A stretch of DNA of 44,987 nt, the filler included, from Jimgerdemannia flammicorona (lineage: Eukaryota): the NCBI GenBank assembly GCA_003990765.1. It is 2 parts of 2 records of this genome, joined end to end, with 100 filler letters (N's around TTAATTAATTAA, not from the genome) between each part and the next. Parts side by side here need not be neighbours in the genome. Positions count along the whole stretch, not along the records: positions 1 to 22,444 come from RBNJ01001280.1; 1 more part is not named here. One strand, written 5' to 3'. The position numbers were made by a program, and so were the translations under genes. The notes beneath the pieces were generated by a model. The model worked only from the letters and a program-made list of their open reading frames with translations, ran no database searches and had not been told where the DNA came from. Below are positions 1 through 13,070 of the stretch, piece after piece; position 1 is the first letter of the stretch, and each line of letters starts with the position of its first letter.

Positions 1-3000
1 TACACTAAGCCCACCCCTATCTGATCCTCCTAGGGCCCACCCCCCCTCACCCCCTACCCTCTCTTGATTAAAGACCACTAGGCCATTAACCACCTCCACC
101 CACTCACTACTCTATCTATAAATCTCTTCCATCAGATAGCAGCAATGCCCACCCTGGGGACCTCATCCAACCCACTACTCTGTCAGTATATCTCCCACCA
201 ACCCCTCCCATCTTAACAATCTCTTTTGTAGATCCAGCTGTCATCCCTCCTCAAAAACAAAGATCCAATGTCTCACTAGCCCTATCTATATAGCTAGAAC
301 CCACCCTATAGTGAGCTATTCATTTCTCATCACACCCACCAACCTAGCTTCCAAATCTTCCCAGCAATCTCTCTCCCCATCTGGCCTCCTCTTCACCCCC
401 AGCCAGTCCCCTACTACTATCCAAAAGTCCCCTAGAACCTCACACTCTCCTAGTCAATGTTCTGGTATCTACACAAATCCCCCAACTTGTCCTATATTGT
501 AGCATACTTTACATTCCATTAGACCACCATCCACCAGATGCTCAGAACAGAAATTCAACATGACATTCCTCCATAGTATCTACTACTATACTACTCAGTA
601 CTTGGGAGGAAGCCACCTCTATACCTCAGCACTCTATACCCAGACTCCTGCCCAATCCTACTCCTCACCTATCCTCACTGCTTGCCAACTGCTAGGCCAA
701 AGATCCTGACCAAGTCCCCTCTGACATTCCACACCATCACCAATATCAAACTCAATAAGAGGAGTACCACCTAGAAGAAGTCTGTTCTATCTCCACATAG
801 CTGGTCCACACAGTATCTCCCCTTCATTGCTATATCAGTGTAAGTCTATGCAGTGTACTCCATCTGCTACCCCCCACCAGAAGCCTTTATACCATAGCTA
901 ACAGCTTCCACCCAGGTCTACCAGAGAAAGCAAATCCCCTAAGGACCCTCTAAGGGAGGATCTCATCTCCCATACCTTCTGTATCAATGGCACCCATCCC
1001 CCTCTCCTCAATTCTACAGCCTGCTTCAACCACCAAGCTCTCAGGCAGTACAGCCTCTTAGGAAAGTCCACCAGACCCAGCCCCCCTCAAATGACTGACA
1101 TTGCAAGGGTATCCCAACTGATCTGGGACCACCTTCTGGTCCAAATCCAATCCCTAGCCTACTTCATCAGTCTCTTCACTACCCAAGCTGGAAAGTCCAA
1201 ACAATAGGCAATATACCACAGCTTAGGGAACCAGTAGACATTCAGAATTATTACTTGGCCTACCAGGGAGATATGGCAACCTCCTTAGCTTCAAAGTGCC
1301 TCCCCCCAGATAGCCACTCTCCTCTCCTACTATACCCATAGCAGGACCAATTCATACACTGAAAGGAAGATGTCCAGATACTACACTACCTCTTCTGCTG
1401 GGAAATTGTTCCAATGACATCCCCTCCTACTAACCTATTCTCCAACACTATTATCTCACACTTATGACAGTTGAGTTTTGCTCTAGAGTGTGTCTCATAC
1501 TATTCTATAGTCTCTTTAAGAGCCTCAACATCCACCACTAATCTAAGTCCAACCACTATGTTATCTGCAAAGGCCCCAACCTTCCACACCACACCATAGA
1601 TAGCAAGCCTTACTGTCTTCTGATGAATCCTATCTATCAAAAGTTTCAATGAAAGGGTATATAGAATAGGAGACAGTGGATCCCTCTGAGGAACTCCTCT
1701 CCCCAAGAGAAATGCCATACCCAGGTGACCATTACACATCAGTGCCACCCTACTACCCTCTAACAGATTCAATATAGAAGCTCAAAATAGTGAGGGAACT
1801 CCTATTCTGTCCAGCACCTTGCCCAGCCACACTCACCAAACATGGTTATAGGCCTTCTTCTGGTCCAAAAAGACCAGTCTCCCATCCAATCTACTAGCCC
1901 TTGCCCCTTCAATGATACCATGGACCCATACCATCTCATCTCTGATAAGTCTGCCTCCAACAAAGCCCCACTGCTCCTCACCCAATACCTGCTGGGCAAT
2001 CTTCTATAATCTCACTATAATCACCTTAGTCACCATCTTCCTGTCCATATCCAGAAGCATGATCAGTCTCCAGTTCTTCTAATTCTCTCTTCTCCCCTTG
2101 TCCTTATACAACAGGGCCACCAGTCTTAGGTCCTGCCCTCCCACCCACTGACTTCTCAGAAGAACAAAATCACAGAGGGCCACCATCTCTCCTAACACCC
2201 CAGGGACCCCCACCATCTTCTTCTAAAAGTCCCAAGGTAGTCTATCCTCTCCTGGTACTATACCAAGCTTAGTTGCTACAAGGACTCTCTGGATCTCCTC
2301 CTCTTGGACCAGAAGGATCAATTCCCCCAGGCCCTCTACTTGTGGCAGCTCCCAGTTCTCCAGAGTATCTCCAATTGCCTCAGCATTGACACCCCCTTCC
2401 TCTTCACTCTACAGACCCCTCCACCACTTCTTCAGCAAACCCAAGATCTGTTGCATACCATGTACCATTACTCCCTCAGCATCAAGGACTCCATCTCACC
2501 AATGTCACACCCTTCTTGCCTGGAGGAGCCTTGACAAGTACCTAGTTGGCCTCTCCCCCTCCTCAAGCCCCTACCACCTCAACCTAGCTGCCATATCTTT
2601 CACACATGTCTCCTACTCCTCTCTCAATACCTGTTGTAACTCCAATACTTCTTGTCTAGCTCACACTAATCTCCAATCATCCACCTCACCAGAGTTTATG
2701 AAATCTGCCCATTCCATCTGCAATCTAACCAACCTATTGGAAGCACACCTCACTCTTTTCTTTCTTTGCCTCCCAGCATCCCTACCAACTTCTCCTCAGT
2801 AAACCCTCACAGCCTCTTTAACTTCATCTACCTGATATCCACTTACAAGCCCTCACATATCTAGCTCATAATCTTCACTTGAATATCCTCCATCCAAAGG
2901 TCCCACAACATCTTCACAGCCAGTAGAGAGGAGTTAAGATACCAATATCCAGGTCTATCTCCACTCCCCCCAAACTGTCCCTGCCCTAACAATCTCCAGT

Positions 3001-5824
3001 GGTCTGACCATGAGCACTACTCCACCTCCAGAGTCCTCCAGATATCCAGGCCCCAGCATTCGGCTATCAGTATTCAGTCAATCCTTGTACTGAGGCCATT
3101 CATCCAGGGTGTGTAAATCCTCTTTGCTCTCTACTATGTTCTGCCCATATTCCCTAAGAAGCTAAGATTCTCTACCTCCTCCTATGCATCTAGGCTGCCA
3201 CTCCTTCTGTCAGCACTCCTCTCTCCATCAGTTCTCTCTAACTGAAGATTCTGCACCATATTGAAGTCACCTCTCAGAATATCCACCCCATCCTCCAAGA
3301 ATGTATCCTCCTCCAGAAGACTCTTAATCCATACAATCTGCTCACCCCTAGCTATCAGGCAGTAGCAAGAGCCAACCCTCACTGGCTCCCAACCAGGTTG
3401 ACACCATTCCCCCTAAACCAAACAGTCTCCCCAGCTTCTGATTCCACCTAAATCCCCTTTACCCTTCTGCACCAAAATTGCCACTTTGCCAATCTAAGCT
3501 GAGCTCCTCCCCATTCTCTAGTCTACTCCACTTAATTAATATCATCTTCACAGTATACATCCTGCAGCAGAAAGAGATCAGCCTCCAATCTCTTGAGCCA
3601 AGTGAAAATATTATTCTGCCATCCAGATCCCCATAATCCATTCACATTCAGAGAAAAAATATTAGTTGTACTGTTTATTAGGAATAATGTTTAGAAGTAA
3701 GGCTCTGCGCATCCTCTACAAATCCACATCCCTCTCCTCTCATGCCATATCCAAGTTATGTTCAGCAGCCAATCCCTCCTCTTTAGCCTCCTTTGCCTCC
3801 AATCCAATCAGAAGTTCAGCCATCTTCCCATTCTTCTTTTCTTCAAAGTCCTCATGATACTCCAGGCAGACCTCCTGCCAAAGCTTCAGACCATGATGCT
3901 CTGCCCAACAGTAGGTGGCCTGCTCATCAGAAACAACTGCCAGCTCAGCCTCCCTCTCCTTATCAACCTCATACCTCTCTTTCTCTAGAAGAATCACAAG
4001 CACCTCCACCTTCAGTGCCTCCACTACCCCATCTCTATGCAGAATCTGTGCCCAATGCTCCTTGCTCATTATTCTAAGGTCCACTTCTCCCAACTCTTCA
4101 GCTGCGAGGTTATTCATCATCCTGCACATCTACAGTAGGTTCCCCACCTCCTTCCCTCCTGGCATCTCTGGCCTCCCAGCATCCAGCATTGTTGTGTTGG
4201 TCTCTATACTTACAGTCTCATTCCACTCCTCCTCCAGGACATCCACCAGCTCATCCTCATCAACTGCCACTACCTGTCCCCCTTTTGCTATATCAGGAAC
4301 TCCAAAGTGTATCTACTGGGCATCATGCATCAGTACATCCTCTGCTGCCTTTCTCCTCTCAGCTGGACCCCTCTTGACAAGAGGGGGAGTATTATTCAAT
4401 TTCTCTTCCCAGACCTCAAACATATCATCAGCATAAGAATCATTGTGCAGTATCTTCCCTACACCCACCAGGCCCTCCTTCCCATTCTCCCCTCCCTTAC
4501 TAGCCCAGATACTCACTTCGGTATCTCCAGACTCCATAGCACTACCAGCACTCTTCTTCATCTCTCTGTTCATGCTTGCCAACAACTCCCTCTGTTTCTT
4601 GCATCCTTGAGCCCTCTCCCACTGGCTCTTGTCTATGCGAATATATTTCCCATCCATAATTTCCAAATGTGTAGTCTCTACAAACATCTTCCAGACCTTT
4701 GCCCTCTGCTCTACTGCCCCACTCATCTCCTCTAGAGTCTCCAGTAGATCCTCCTCCTCCTCCTCACTCTTCTTTACCCTATACACCTTACAGATGAAGG
4801 CCCCTCACAACATAACCAAAGGCCAGTTGCTTGTCTTCTCTGTGGCCTCTCTCTCTATCAGTCTAATCCTGATATCAACATCTCCAGTCCTGAAAGTGGT
4901 CCCCTCCTATATCTGGAAAACAATATTGACCACATCATCATACTCTGCCATCACCTCCTCCACCCTCCTCCTAGTCTCAACCTTCATCACTGTAGACACC
5001 CCCTTCACTAGTAACTGAACCACCCTGAGGTCCCACCTCAAGCACTATACTATAGGGACTACTACTTCTCCTACTGCCACACCAGTCTTCAAAGCTTCCT
5101 CCAGTAGACCTGCCTCCTCAAAACCCACCTCAACCCCTTCTAGCCCCTTCAGAAACTTCACCAAGACAGCTCCAGCCACTTGTTCTGAGAAAATCCCCAG
5201 CACTATTCTTGCCATCACAGCTAAGCCCCAGAAGTACAAGGTTACTGCAAACTCCAAGATTGACTTCTTGAGTAATGGTGCCACCACCCACCCTGTCACA
5301 CTATCTGCCAGGTCTCTCTTTCTCTTGGGCCCATCTGTCCAGCCCTACCATCAGCAGTCACATCTGGATTTTTTTTCCAGATTCTCAGTCATGCAACTAT
5401 CAATAGTCCCCTCTCTACTCTCAGCTACTGCTCCACCAGCCCTTCCACTCACCAGCTGAGGTCCAGTACCTCCCACTTCTCTTTCTCTCTGCTTTCCATT
5501 CCCTCCTGCCTGCCCTTCATGAGCACTAACAGGCCATCCTTCAGTCTTCAGCATATCTACAAAGCTTCTCCCCCTCTGTCCTCCTGCCCCTCCTCCAGTG
5601 CTGCTACTACTGCTGGAATTTCCCTGCCCACTCAGACCACCAAAAGACCCCATCCCTAGTCTATACCCTCCTGATATGTTGCCAGTTGAAGGCTCTAGGT
5701 CCACCTGACCTAGTATACATGTCAGCTTACTTGTTAGTTGTCATGACCTTAGTATCTTTTTCCAATAAATGGTTCAAAAGTATGTTTTGAAGTTTGTGTT
5801 ATGTGAATGATAGTGGAGAAAGAT
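1..5824 (-). mobile_element. L1/Tx1-like LINE, copy 1 (near full length, degenerate; 3' tail just outside the window)
   Basis: Minus-strand ORF1 remnants (~5704-3715). ORF2 starts with APE motif IFSLNV (~3660), then GDFN-like RGDFNMV, RT motifs GRGVPQRDPLSPILY and GAFADN (ORF 1500..1772). The 5' end aligns with copies 2 and 4. Confidence 0.92.
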
Positions 5825-5825
5825 A

Positions 5826-7291
5826 CCAGGTCAGCTAGGAAGATGTCCACATCAAATGGTCTTCTACTCTCCCCAAGACTACTGCTTTCAGTACCACCTA
5901 CTAGACCAACAAGAGAGACAGAGACTCTGAAGATTAGAACTCTCAACTATAGTTGTACAGTCAACCACCCTTCAAGAAGTTATCACCAAGTTGCAAAGCT
6001 GATTTAAAGGACAAGATCTCTTTACCTGAACAGAAGTATATCTCTTGGACACCCTTCCCCCAACCTATGACTAAGATGTATACCAATTTCCTAACAAGAG
6101 ATCAATAACTGGGAACAGCTTCCCAAGCAATAGAATTGCAACTATAGAAGATATCCAGACTGCAGCGACTACAGACATCAAAAGATTCATCTCAGTCAGG
6201 ATGTTGCAATTTACATCTTGAAGAGAGGAGATAATAGAGCCCAGATCTGAAAAAGCCAGACCAGGAAGTCAGAAAGAAGGATTCTCAAGATCTATAATTT
6301 GGGAGAAGATATCCTAGCTCCCATCAGACATATAACTTGCTAAGGATGGGTAGAAGATACCACCAACTTTATGGAAGCCTTAGACCCTACTGGAAAGAGA
6401 GGAATCAACTATCTCTGAGATCTCTCTACTGGAGCCAAATGGCCACATCTCAACCTTAGAGCTTGGAGACTCTCTGCTAGTGGAGCTTCAGCCCAAGGTT
6501 AGCCTGAACTCAGTAAAGATATTGCCCAATATGCCCTGCTACATCCCAAGACCAAACCCCTGACCAAAGCTCATCAAGAAGATATAAGGTATGACCTCTT
6601 TAGTCTAGAGGATGAACCCATCAAGCCTGGAAGAATACTGATATTCAATACCAGACTAGCCATGCAGTCATATCAAGGAACTTACATCTAACTGACCTCA
6701 AGGTCTGGACTTACCAGATAAGGAATAACTATAGAAAGAGGAACTATTGACCTAAGATATATAGGTGAAATTAAGAACATTCTATACAACAGTAGTATAA
6801 AATAGCACTGAATTATAAGAGGACAGAATATTGTCCAAGTAGTTTTCATAAAGGTCAATACCTCACAATTACAAGAAGTTTCCAAACTGACTGAAGGAAC
6901 AAGACAAGCTAAAGGATTTAGAAGCTCAGATAAGAAGAAAGTACATCTCCTTCAGGTAAACCACCTGAAGAAGAATGTCCCCCAGCAAGTATATTACCAA
7001 CCAGTCAAACTGCACAAGAATCTCATCCTGGAGCCTGGAGAGCAAACCACCTTCGAAATCTTTGTACCACCCAACCCCAGAAACCTCTTCTTTAAACCCA
7101 ATGAAATCTGGAAATAGAAGAACACACATTTCCTGAAAAAATAAATTCAGTACACTCCTGAGCAACCAACAAAAGTTGGGAGACCATCATCTTGTCAAAG
7201 GGAACCATCATATGACATCTGGTGTCTTTTCTTAACTGAACTTATAGAGAAGTTAATGAACTAAACTTATCAGGAAATGGCAAAAGGTCCC
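5826..7291 (+). mobile_element. Ty3/Gypsy pol fragment (element C) with Cys/His module and dUTPase
   Basis: Plus-strand translation gives GRCPHQMVFYSPQDYCFQYH (~5835-5900), like the module in element A, followed ~650 bp later by a dUTPase. Both ends are cut by other elements; no RT visible, so Gypsy identity is by analogy. Confidence 0.7.
6535..6930 (+). pseudogene. trimeric dUTPase domain (decayed) of element C
   Basis: Manual translation: KAHQEDIRYDL...SRSGL...GTIDLRYIGEI...GQNIVQ...RQAKGFRSS; all five dUTPase motifs in order with internal stops. Confidence 0.88.
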
Positions 7292-7605
7292 AGAGAAGAA
7301 TGCCTCTCAGAAGTTACTTGTAAACTTAGCATCTCAGTTAGATACAATGGTGCTAGACATACCATATAGCCTGAATACTTGGTTGAGGAAGATCTCAGCA
7401 ATCTCTGGTACTGTAATAGTGGTCTTGGTAGATACAAAATAAGCTTGTTTGCTTAGGTGGTCCACAAATACTACAATAGTGTCCCATCCTGCCTTAGTCT
7501 TGGGGAGCTGGACAATGAAGTCCATTACAATCTGATCCCAGTTGTGACTTGGGATAGATAGGGGTTGCAGAAGTCCTGCAGATAGCTTATTACTACTTTT
7601 GAACC

Positions 7606-7639
7606 TTTTTTTTTTTTTTTTTTATAGTCACTTGGACTC
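7606..7639 (-). mobile_element. 34-bp micro-LINE insertion (16 nt of LINE 3' end plus poly(A)) with 13-bp TSD
   Basis: CTACTTTTGAACC at 7593-7605 and 7640-7652 flanks T18+ATAGTCACTTGGACTC. The reverse complement GAGTCCAAGTGACTAT-A18 matches the LINE copy 3 end GGTCCAAGAGACTAT-A(n). Confidence 0.9.
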
Positions 7640-10186
7640 CTACTTTTGAACCTTTGGCACATCTCATATGAGACTATAAAATCTTTAATATCCTTGGTCA
7701 TCTTTGGCCAGTAGAACTCTCTTGAGAGGAGATTGTAGGTCTTTTTGAAACCAAAGTTTCCTGCTGCAGGAGTGTCATGGAGTTCCTGTATGATCTTGAG
7801 CTGCAGAGTATTATTGTTGGGTACAACTACTCTGTCATGGTCCCTGTAGATAAGTCCTTCACAGTAAGTGAATCTCTTGGACATTTACCTCATAGATTCT
7901 GAGACCTCAGCCTCTGAATTTTAGTAGAATTAAAGAAAATTCACCAGAGGGCTGTCCTGTTGGTAGCTATCCTTAAATATCTAGATAAGGTCTCCAATTA
8001 TCTTGACCATAAAGACAAGTTTGCCTTCTATGTACCTGGAGAAACCATCAGCCACAAAGTTGATTTTTCCTGGGATATACTTGATTTCTATATCAAAGTT
8101 AGCAATAATTTCCATTCTGCAGGCTTATCTATGGATCAGTATGGGCTGTGTGTGAATGTACCACAGAGCATAGTGATCAGTGTAGGCCACAAATAGTTGT
8201 CTTAGAAGGAAATGATACCATTCCTGGAGTGTAGTGACAATGGCCATGAGTTCCTTCTCATGAGTAGTATATCAGATCTCAGGTGGCTTGAGCTTTTGGA
8301 AAAGGTAGGCCACTGGGCAATATTCTTAGCTGAGTACTGTCCCAATAGCAATGTCAGAGGCATCTGTGGTCAGAGTGAATGGCCTAATAGGGTCAGGTTC
8401 AATTAGCACTGGGGCCTCTATAAGAAGTCTCTTGAGATGGTCTATAGCCTGAGTATACTTGGGGGTCTATTCAGTCTTAATGTTCAGTCAGGCTGGTCAG
8501 TGGGGCTATAATAGCAAAGTATCCTTGAATAAACCTTCAGTAGTAACTGACAATATTCAGAAAGCACTGGAGTAGCTTGAGGGTAGTGGGGATGGGAATA
8601 TCCTTAAGAGCTGATACCTTTTAGGAGTCTACATTGATATCTTTAGCAGAAATAGTATGTCCTAGGTACTCAATCTGGTCTTGATAGAACTTGCACTTAC
8701 TCATCTTGGCATAGAGCTGGTGTTCTCACAAAAGAGTCAGTATCTATCTGAGGTGGGTGTAGTATAGCTCTACTGTTTCACTGTAAATTAGTATATTATC
8801 AAATATACACAAGGACACAAATGTTAAGCAGTGGTCCAAAGATATTATTCATTAGATACTGGAATGTTGCTAGTATATTAATCAAATAAAAAGGCATGAC
8901 TTAGAACTGGTAGTTTCCAAACCACATTCCGAAAGCTGTTTTTTCAATATCCTTCTCATTAATGAGGATCTGATAGTAACCATTTCACAAGTCTAGTAGA
9001 GAAAAGGTCTTGACCTTAAAGATCTGGTGCAACAACTCATCAATCCTTAGTAAGACATACTGGTTCTTGATAGTAATCTTGTTGAGGGCTCTGAAGTTAA
9101 TATACATTTGCAGAGAGTCATCCTTCTTCTTGACAAACAGAATAGGGGCTCCAAATGGAGAGCAGCTGGATTCAATATATTCTTAAGCCAATAGTTTGGT
9201 CAACTCATCCTTAAGGGTCTTGAATTTGAGTTGGGCCAGCTGATAGATACTTTTGTATGGGGATTCAGAACCTGGAATGAGGTCAATTCTATGTTGAATT
9301 TGGTGCTTAGGTGGAAGTTCTTGGAGATCCTGAAATATATCTTGGAATTCTTTAAACAGTTCTTGAGCTTCTGCTGGGATTGGACTACTCAAAGCTTTGG
9401 TGACTTCTTGTACAGTACAGATGAAGTAGGTGTTTTCTTTTTTGTAAGAGAGTATCTTCATTTGAATGGTAGAGATGATTTCAATTCCTTGATGGTTGGT
9501 ACCTTTCTGAGGTGTCAGGGTGATCTTTCTACCTTCATGAGTCAGGTTAACCTCATTGGTCCTCCAGTTGATATCTGGGTTATGCTGAGTCAACCAGGCT
9601 TTTTCTAGAATAATGTCTTATCCTGGGAGATCTACAATACTAAAATCCAACTTCTCTTAATATTTGCCAATCCTGAGCAATAGGTCTTCACAGATCTTGG
9701 TCAATGGTACAGTCTTACTATAACTAAAGGTAACACTCCTTTTCTCAGTAGCTGGTCTGCTTCAGGCTCCAATCCTCTTAGCAGTTTTGGTACTGATATA
9801 GTTTTCAGTAGCACTACTGTCAAGTAAGACATTGACATCCTGTCTGTGAACTTGACCTATAAACTTGATGTAACTATTCTCCTTCTTGATAGTGTTGAGC
9901 TCTTCATCCTCATTATTGTCTCAGTTGCTGTCAGTCTCCTCTCAGTCTCTTCCCATCCTTTACAAGGAGGGTGGTCTTGTTTGGGTTCCTCAGTCTGTTG
10001 GGCTTGGCATTTCTCAGATTGGATTTTGAAAACTTTGGAGAGGTATGCATAACATTTGCCAATATGTTCTATATAGTACATTCAGATAGAATGAGGGTAT
10101 TGTCTATATGGTGCATAACTGTCTACAATTCTCTTATATCAGTTTTCATCATCTTTCTTCGTAGTGGTAACCTTTTGACTGAGGGG

Positions 10187-10600
10187 TTTGTTAGTTGATC
10201 CAAACCCTTTCTTGCCACAGTCTGTCTGGAAGAGCTTGGGAACTTCTTCAATAGTGAGATCTTGACAGATTTCTTCAATGATTGTCTGAGCAATTCTTTG
10301 GCCTACTTTGACCTCAAATAAGGTATCTCCAAAATTTTGCAAGATGGCACGGATTTCACTAGTAAATTCTTGATTAACTACTCCTCCTCCTAGCCTGATG
10401 TTGAATTCTTTAGCCAGGCTGCTTCACTCAGCAAAGCAGATATATATATCTTTGGGAGCTTGTATTGCAATCCCTGTTTACACTGTAGCATTGGTACTTA
10501 GTGGGATGGTGAGATCTTGGCTACTATAGAGATCATATTCTGTATCAGTAGGATGGGCCTTAGTGGGAATAGTAGCCTTGTACTATATCTTCTGCACTTT
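10187..10600 (-). pseudogene. dUTPase domain of element B, between gag zinc knuckle and protease
   Basis: Translation KAHPTDTEYDLYS...TGIAI...SSLAK...GGVVNQEFTSEI...GQRIAQ...KKGFGST (3' part is ORF 10139..10342). Confidence 0.9.
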
Positions 10601-12532
10601 GATGACATTCTTGAGGTTCTTCTTTCCTGGGCCTTCTCTGATAACAATGATATTCTGATTACTGAGTTTTCCTGATCTGTTTCTCTTCTCAGGATATCTA
10701 ACAGAGATGTGTCCTGCCTTCCTGCAAATGAAGTATAATCCTTTTTCACAAAGCTGCTTCTTTTCATCCTCAGTGGGAGTTCTGGGTTCTCTAGGGTTTT
10801 GCTGATTTCTTTGGTCATTTCTTTGATCATTTCTTTGATCATTCCTTCTAGTGGGATTCCTTCTATCTTGGTTATTCTTCTTATGTTCAGAATTTCATAA
10901 GGCCTTTACAGTAAGGATTTCACAGGCTCTTCTTTATACTTGGGCAAAGCACTATAAGTAGTGGGGACATCCTTGGGAGAGGCCTTGTTCCTTAATCTAC
11001 TGGGTGAGCCAGTCTGGTAGAGCTGCCAAGAGATGGTTGGCTCTGGTACCATTGATGGCCAAATTGTTTTTCTGGTAGATAAGTCCCACAGTTTTGAGGT
11101 AGGCATATATCCTAGTGGTAAAGGTTTCTAGGTCTTCCTCATCATTCTTATAAAACTTCATCTAGACTAGTTTGTTTCAAGTTTCTTATATATAGACTGT
11201 ATTTCAGAATTTGGTCAGTAGTAGGGCCTTGAGTCCTGGGCCTGCTATATTGTCATCTCAACCTGGTCTGGTATTGCTGAGTGCTTGGCCTTCAACTTGA
11301 GGGTAGGCTTTCCAGATTACTGAGTGTTCTTCTAAGGTACACCAGATCTTAGCTGCTGTTCTAGTGAAGAATATAACTACTGTTTCCACTTGTGCTGCTG
11401 ATATAGCAAACAACTGTAAAAGGATATTGTTCTGATTGTTGGTGAGCATTCCTATAGGTACTCAGTTATCATTCCATTGATTTGCTCAGTAATCTGTATC
11501 AACTACATTGATAAAGGTTTCAATATTGCTGTTTTTTCCACTAAATGTAGAGATTTGAAAGGTCTTGGTTGGTTTGTTCTGTTCAGTAATTCATCCTACT
11601 ATCTCTGCTAGTGTAGTTAGCTGGGTAGTCAGTGCTGCAATATTGGTATCTACCATTGTATTTACTATTAGTAGTGAGCCTGTAGGGGTAGATTCTCCTG
11701 AAGATTATTCTGCCTGGTGAGGTTGTGGTGCTGTATGACTTGAGGCTACTTGATTCTCAGATATCAAATCAAACAGTCCTGTGAGAGAGGGTAAGCCAAA
11801 CCTCTGTGTAGATAGCTGAATTGGTTCTGAATTCTGGTCTTTTTGATCTGTGGGTCCTTGGTAAATTCTTAGGCCTACTGTTCCTTATTGACTATTATCA
11901 GACTGGTAACCTGCAGAGTCTTCATCTAACTCCCTTCTCTGATGAGATAGTGCATCCTCATACTGACTAGGTCCTTCAAAGAGGATATCTGCTTCTAGTA
12001 GAGTTGATGGGTCTACAACTTGATCAGCAGTAGGAGATGGGTGGCCTGCTTGCTCATTCTTGTATCTTGTTATAGCAGAGGCATAGTATATAACTAGCCT
12101 GTAGTAGAGTGAGGTCCTGGTAGAGGTAAGATGGTATCTGTCAGATACAATTTACTTAACAGCTGCTTCTCTTGCAGTAGGGGGTGAGATATAATCTAGA
12201 AATTCCTAGGTAGCTACAGCAGTAGATTCTTGAGTCCTAGTGGCTATAGAGAAGTGTGTAGAACCTATAGTAGCTGACTATATTCCTAAGTCCTGGGTGA
12301 AAAGTTCTAAAGATCTGGTATAGATTCTTCTATACTTGGTCAATTACAAGATTGTTGATTTCTGTATCTGTGGTTTCCTGGTACCACTAGGTCCTAATGG
12401 CAAGAGCTTATCTGGCTCTGGTTTGGGAGTTTATTTCTAGGAAATCTACAGTTGGTTCTGAGGGTTACTTCTGTCCAAGATTGGTCTTATTCCAACTTCT
12501 CAGAAGTGTGTTCTTGATGCCTTCTTGGCTTG

Positions 12533-12550
12533 GTAATCTCACTGCTACCA
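12533..12550 (-). promoter_or_regulatory. primer-binding site of element B (possibly initiator tRNA-Met)
   Basis: Minus strand reads ...TTATTACA-ACT-TGGTAGCAGTGAG: LTR end CA, 3-nt spacer, TGG start. TGGTAGC resembles iMet PBSs; tRNA identity is inferred. Confidence 0.7.
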
Positions 12551-12696
12551 AGTTGTAATAACTCTTATTTCTACCCCTCTCTTATTCTTTGGATAATTAG
12601 GGAAACAAGGTATTATTTAGGGACTTAGTATACAATGTGTATCAAGAAGCCTTCAGTTTGAGGAGACACTCACTTAAAAGTAGTTATAGTAGCAGT

Positions 12697-13055
12697 TACT
12701 GCTTCAAAATGAATTAAATCAATTCAAATCAAATCAAATTGAGAGTCATTTGAATTGAATTGAATTGGGGATTTTTCAATTTAAATGAAGTTTGAATTGA
12801 ATCAAATTTGAATTGAATTGAGGGTCTGATTCAAATCTTATTTTTTGAAATATAATAACTTAATGAAAACACATCCAAATTTAATGATCATTAGCTTGTT
12901 AAATTTGGACATGTTTTTATCAAGTTATTATATTTTAAAAAATAGAGTTCAAATTGAATTTTGAATTGAATTGGACCTTTTATTTGATTTGAATTGAATT
13001 GAATTAAATTGAATTTGGGTTAAATTTGATTTAATTTGATTCATTGGGAGCACTA
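12697..13055. mobile_element. hAT-type foldback MITE (359 bp) with 8-bp TSD
   Basis: Perfect TSD GTAGCAGT at 12689-12696 and 13056-13063. Termini TACTGCTTCAAAATGAAT / rc TAGTGCTCCCAATGAAT. AATTG/AATC pentamer arrays and an internal long inverted repeat centred near 12890. Confidence 0.88.
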
Positions 13056-13070
13056 GTAGCAGTACCCTTC

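Noticed and set aside
3915..5459. Ser/Pro/Leu-rich ORFs antisense to LINE and Gypsy ORFs (also 17132-18817, 23391-25182, 30607-33216, 42144-42753)
   Set aside because: Shadow ORFs caused by strand-biased composition of the real TE frames.
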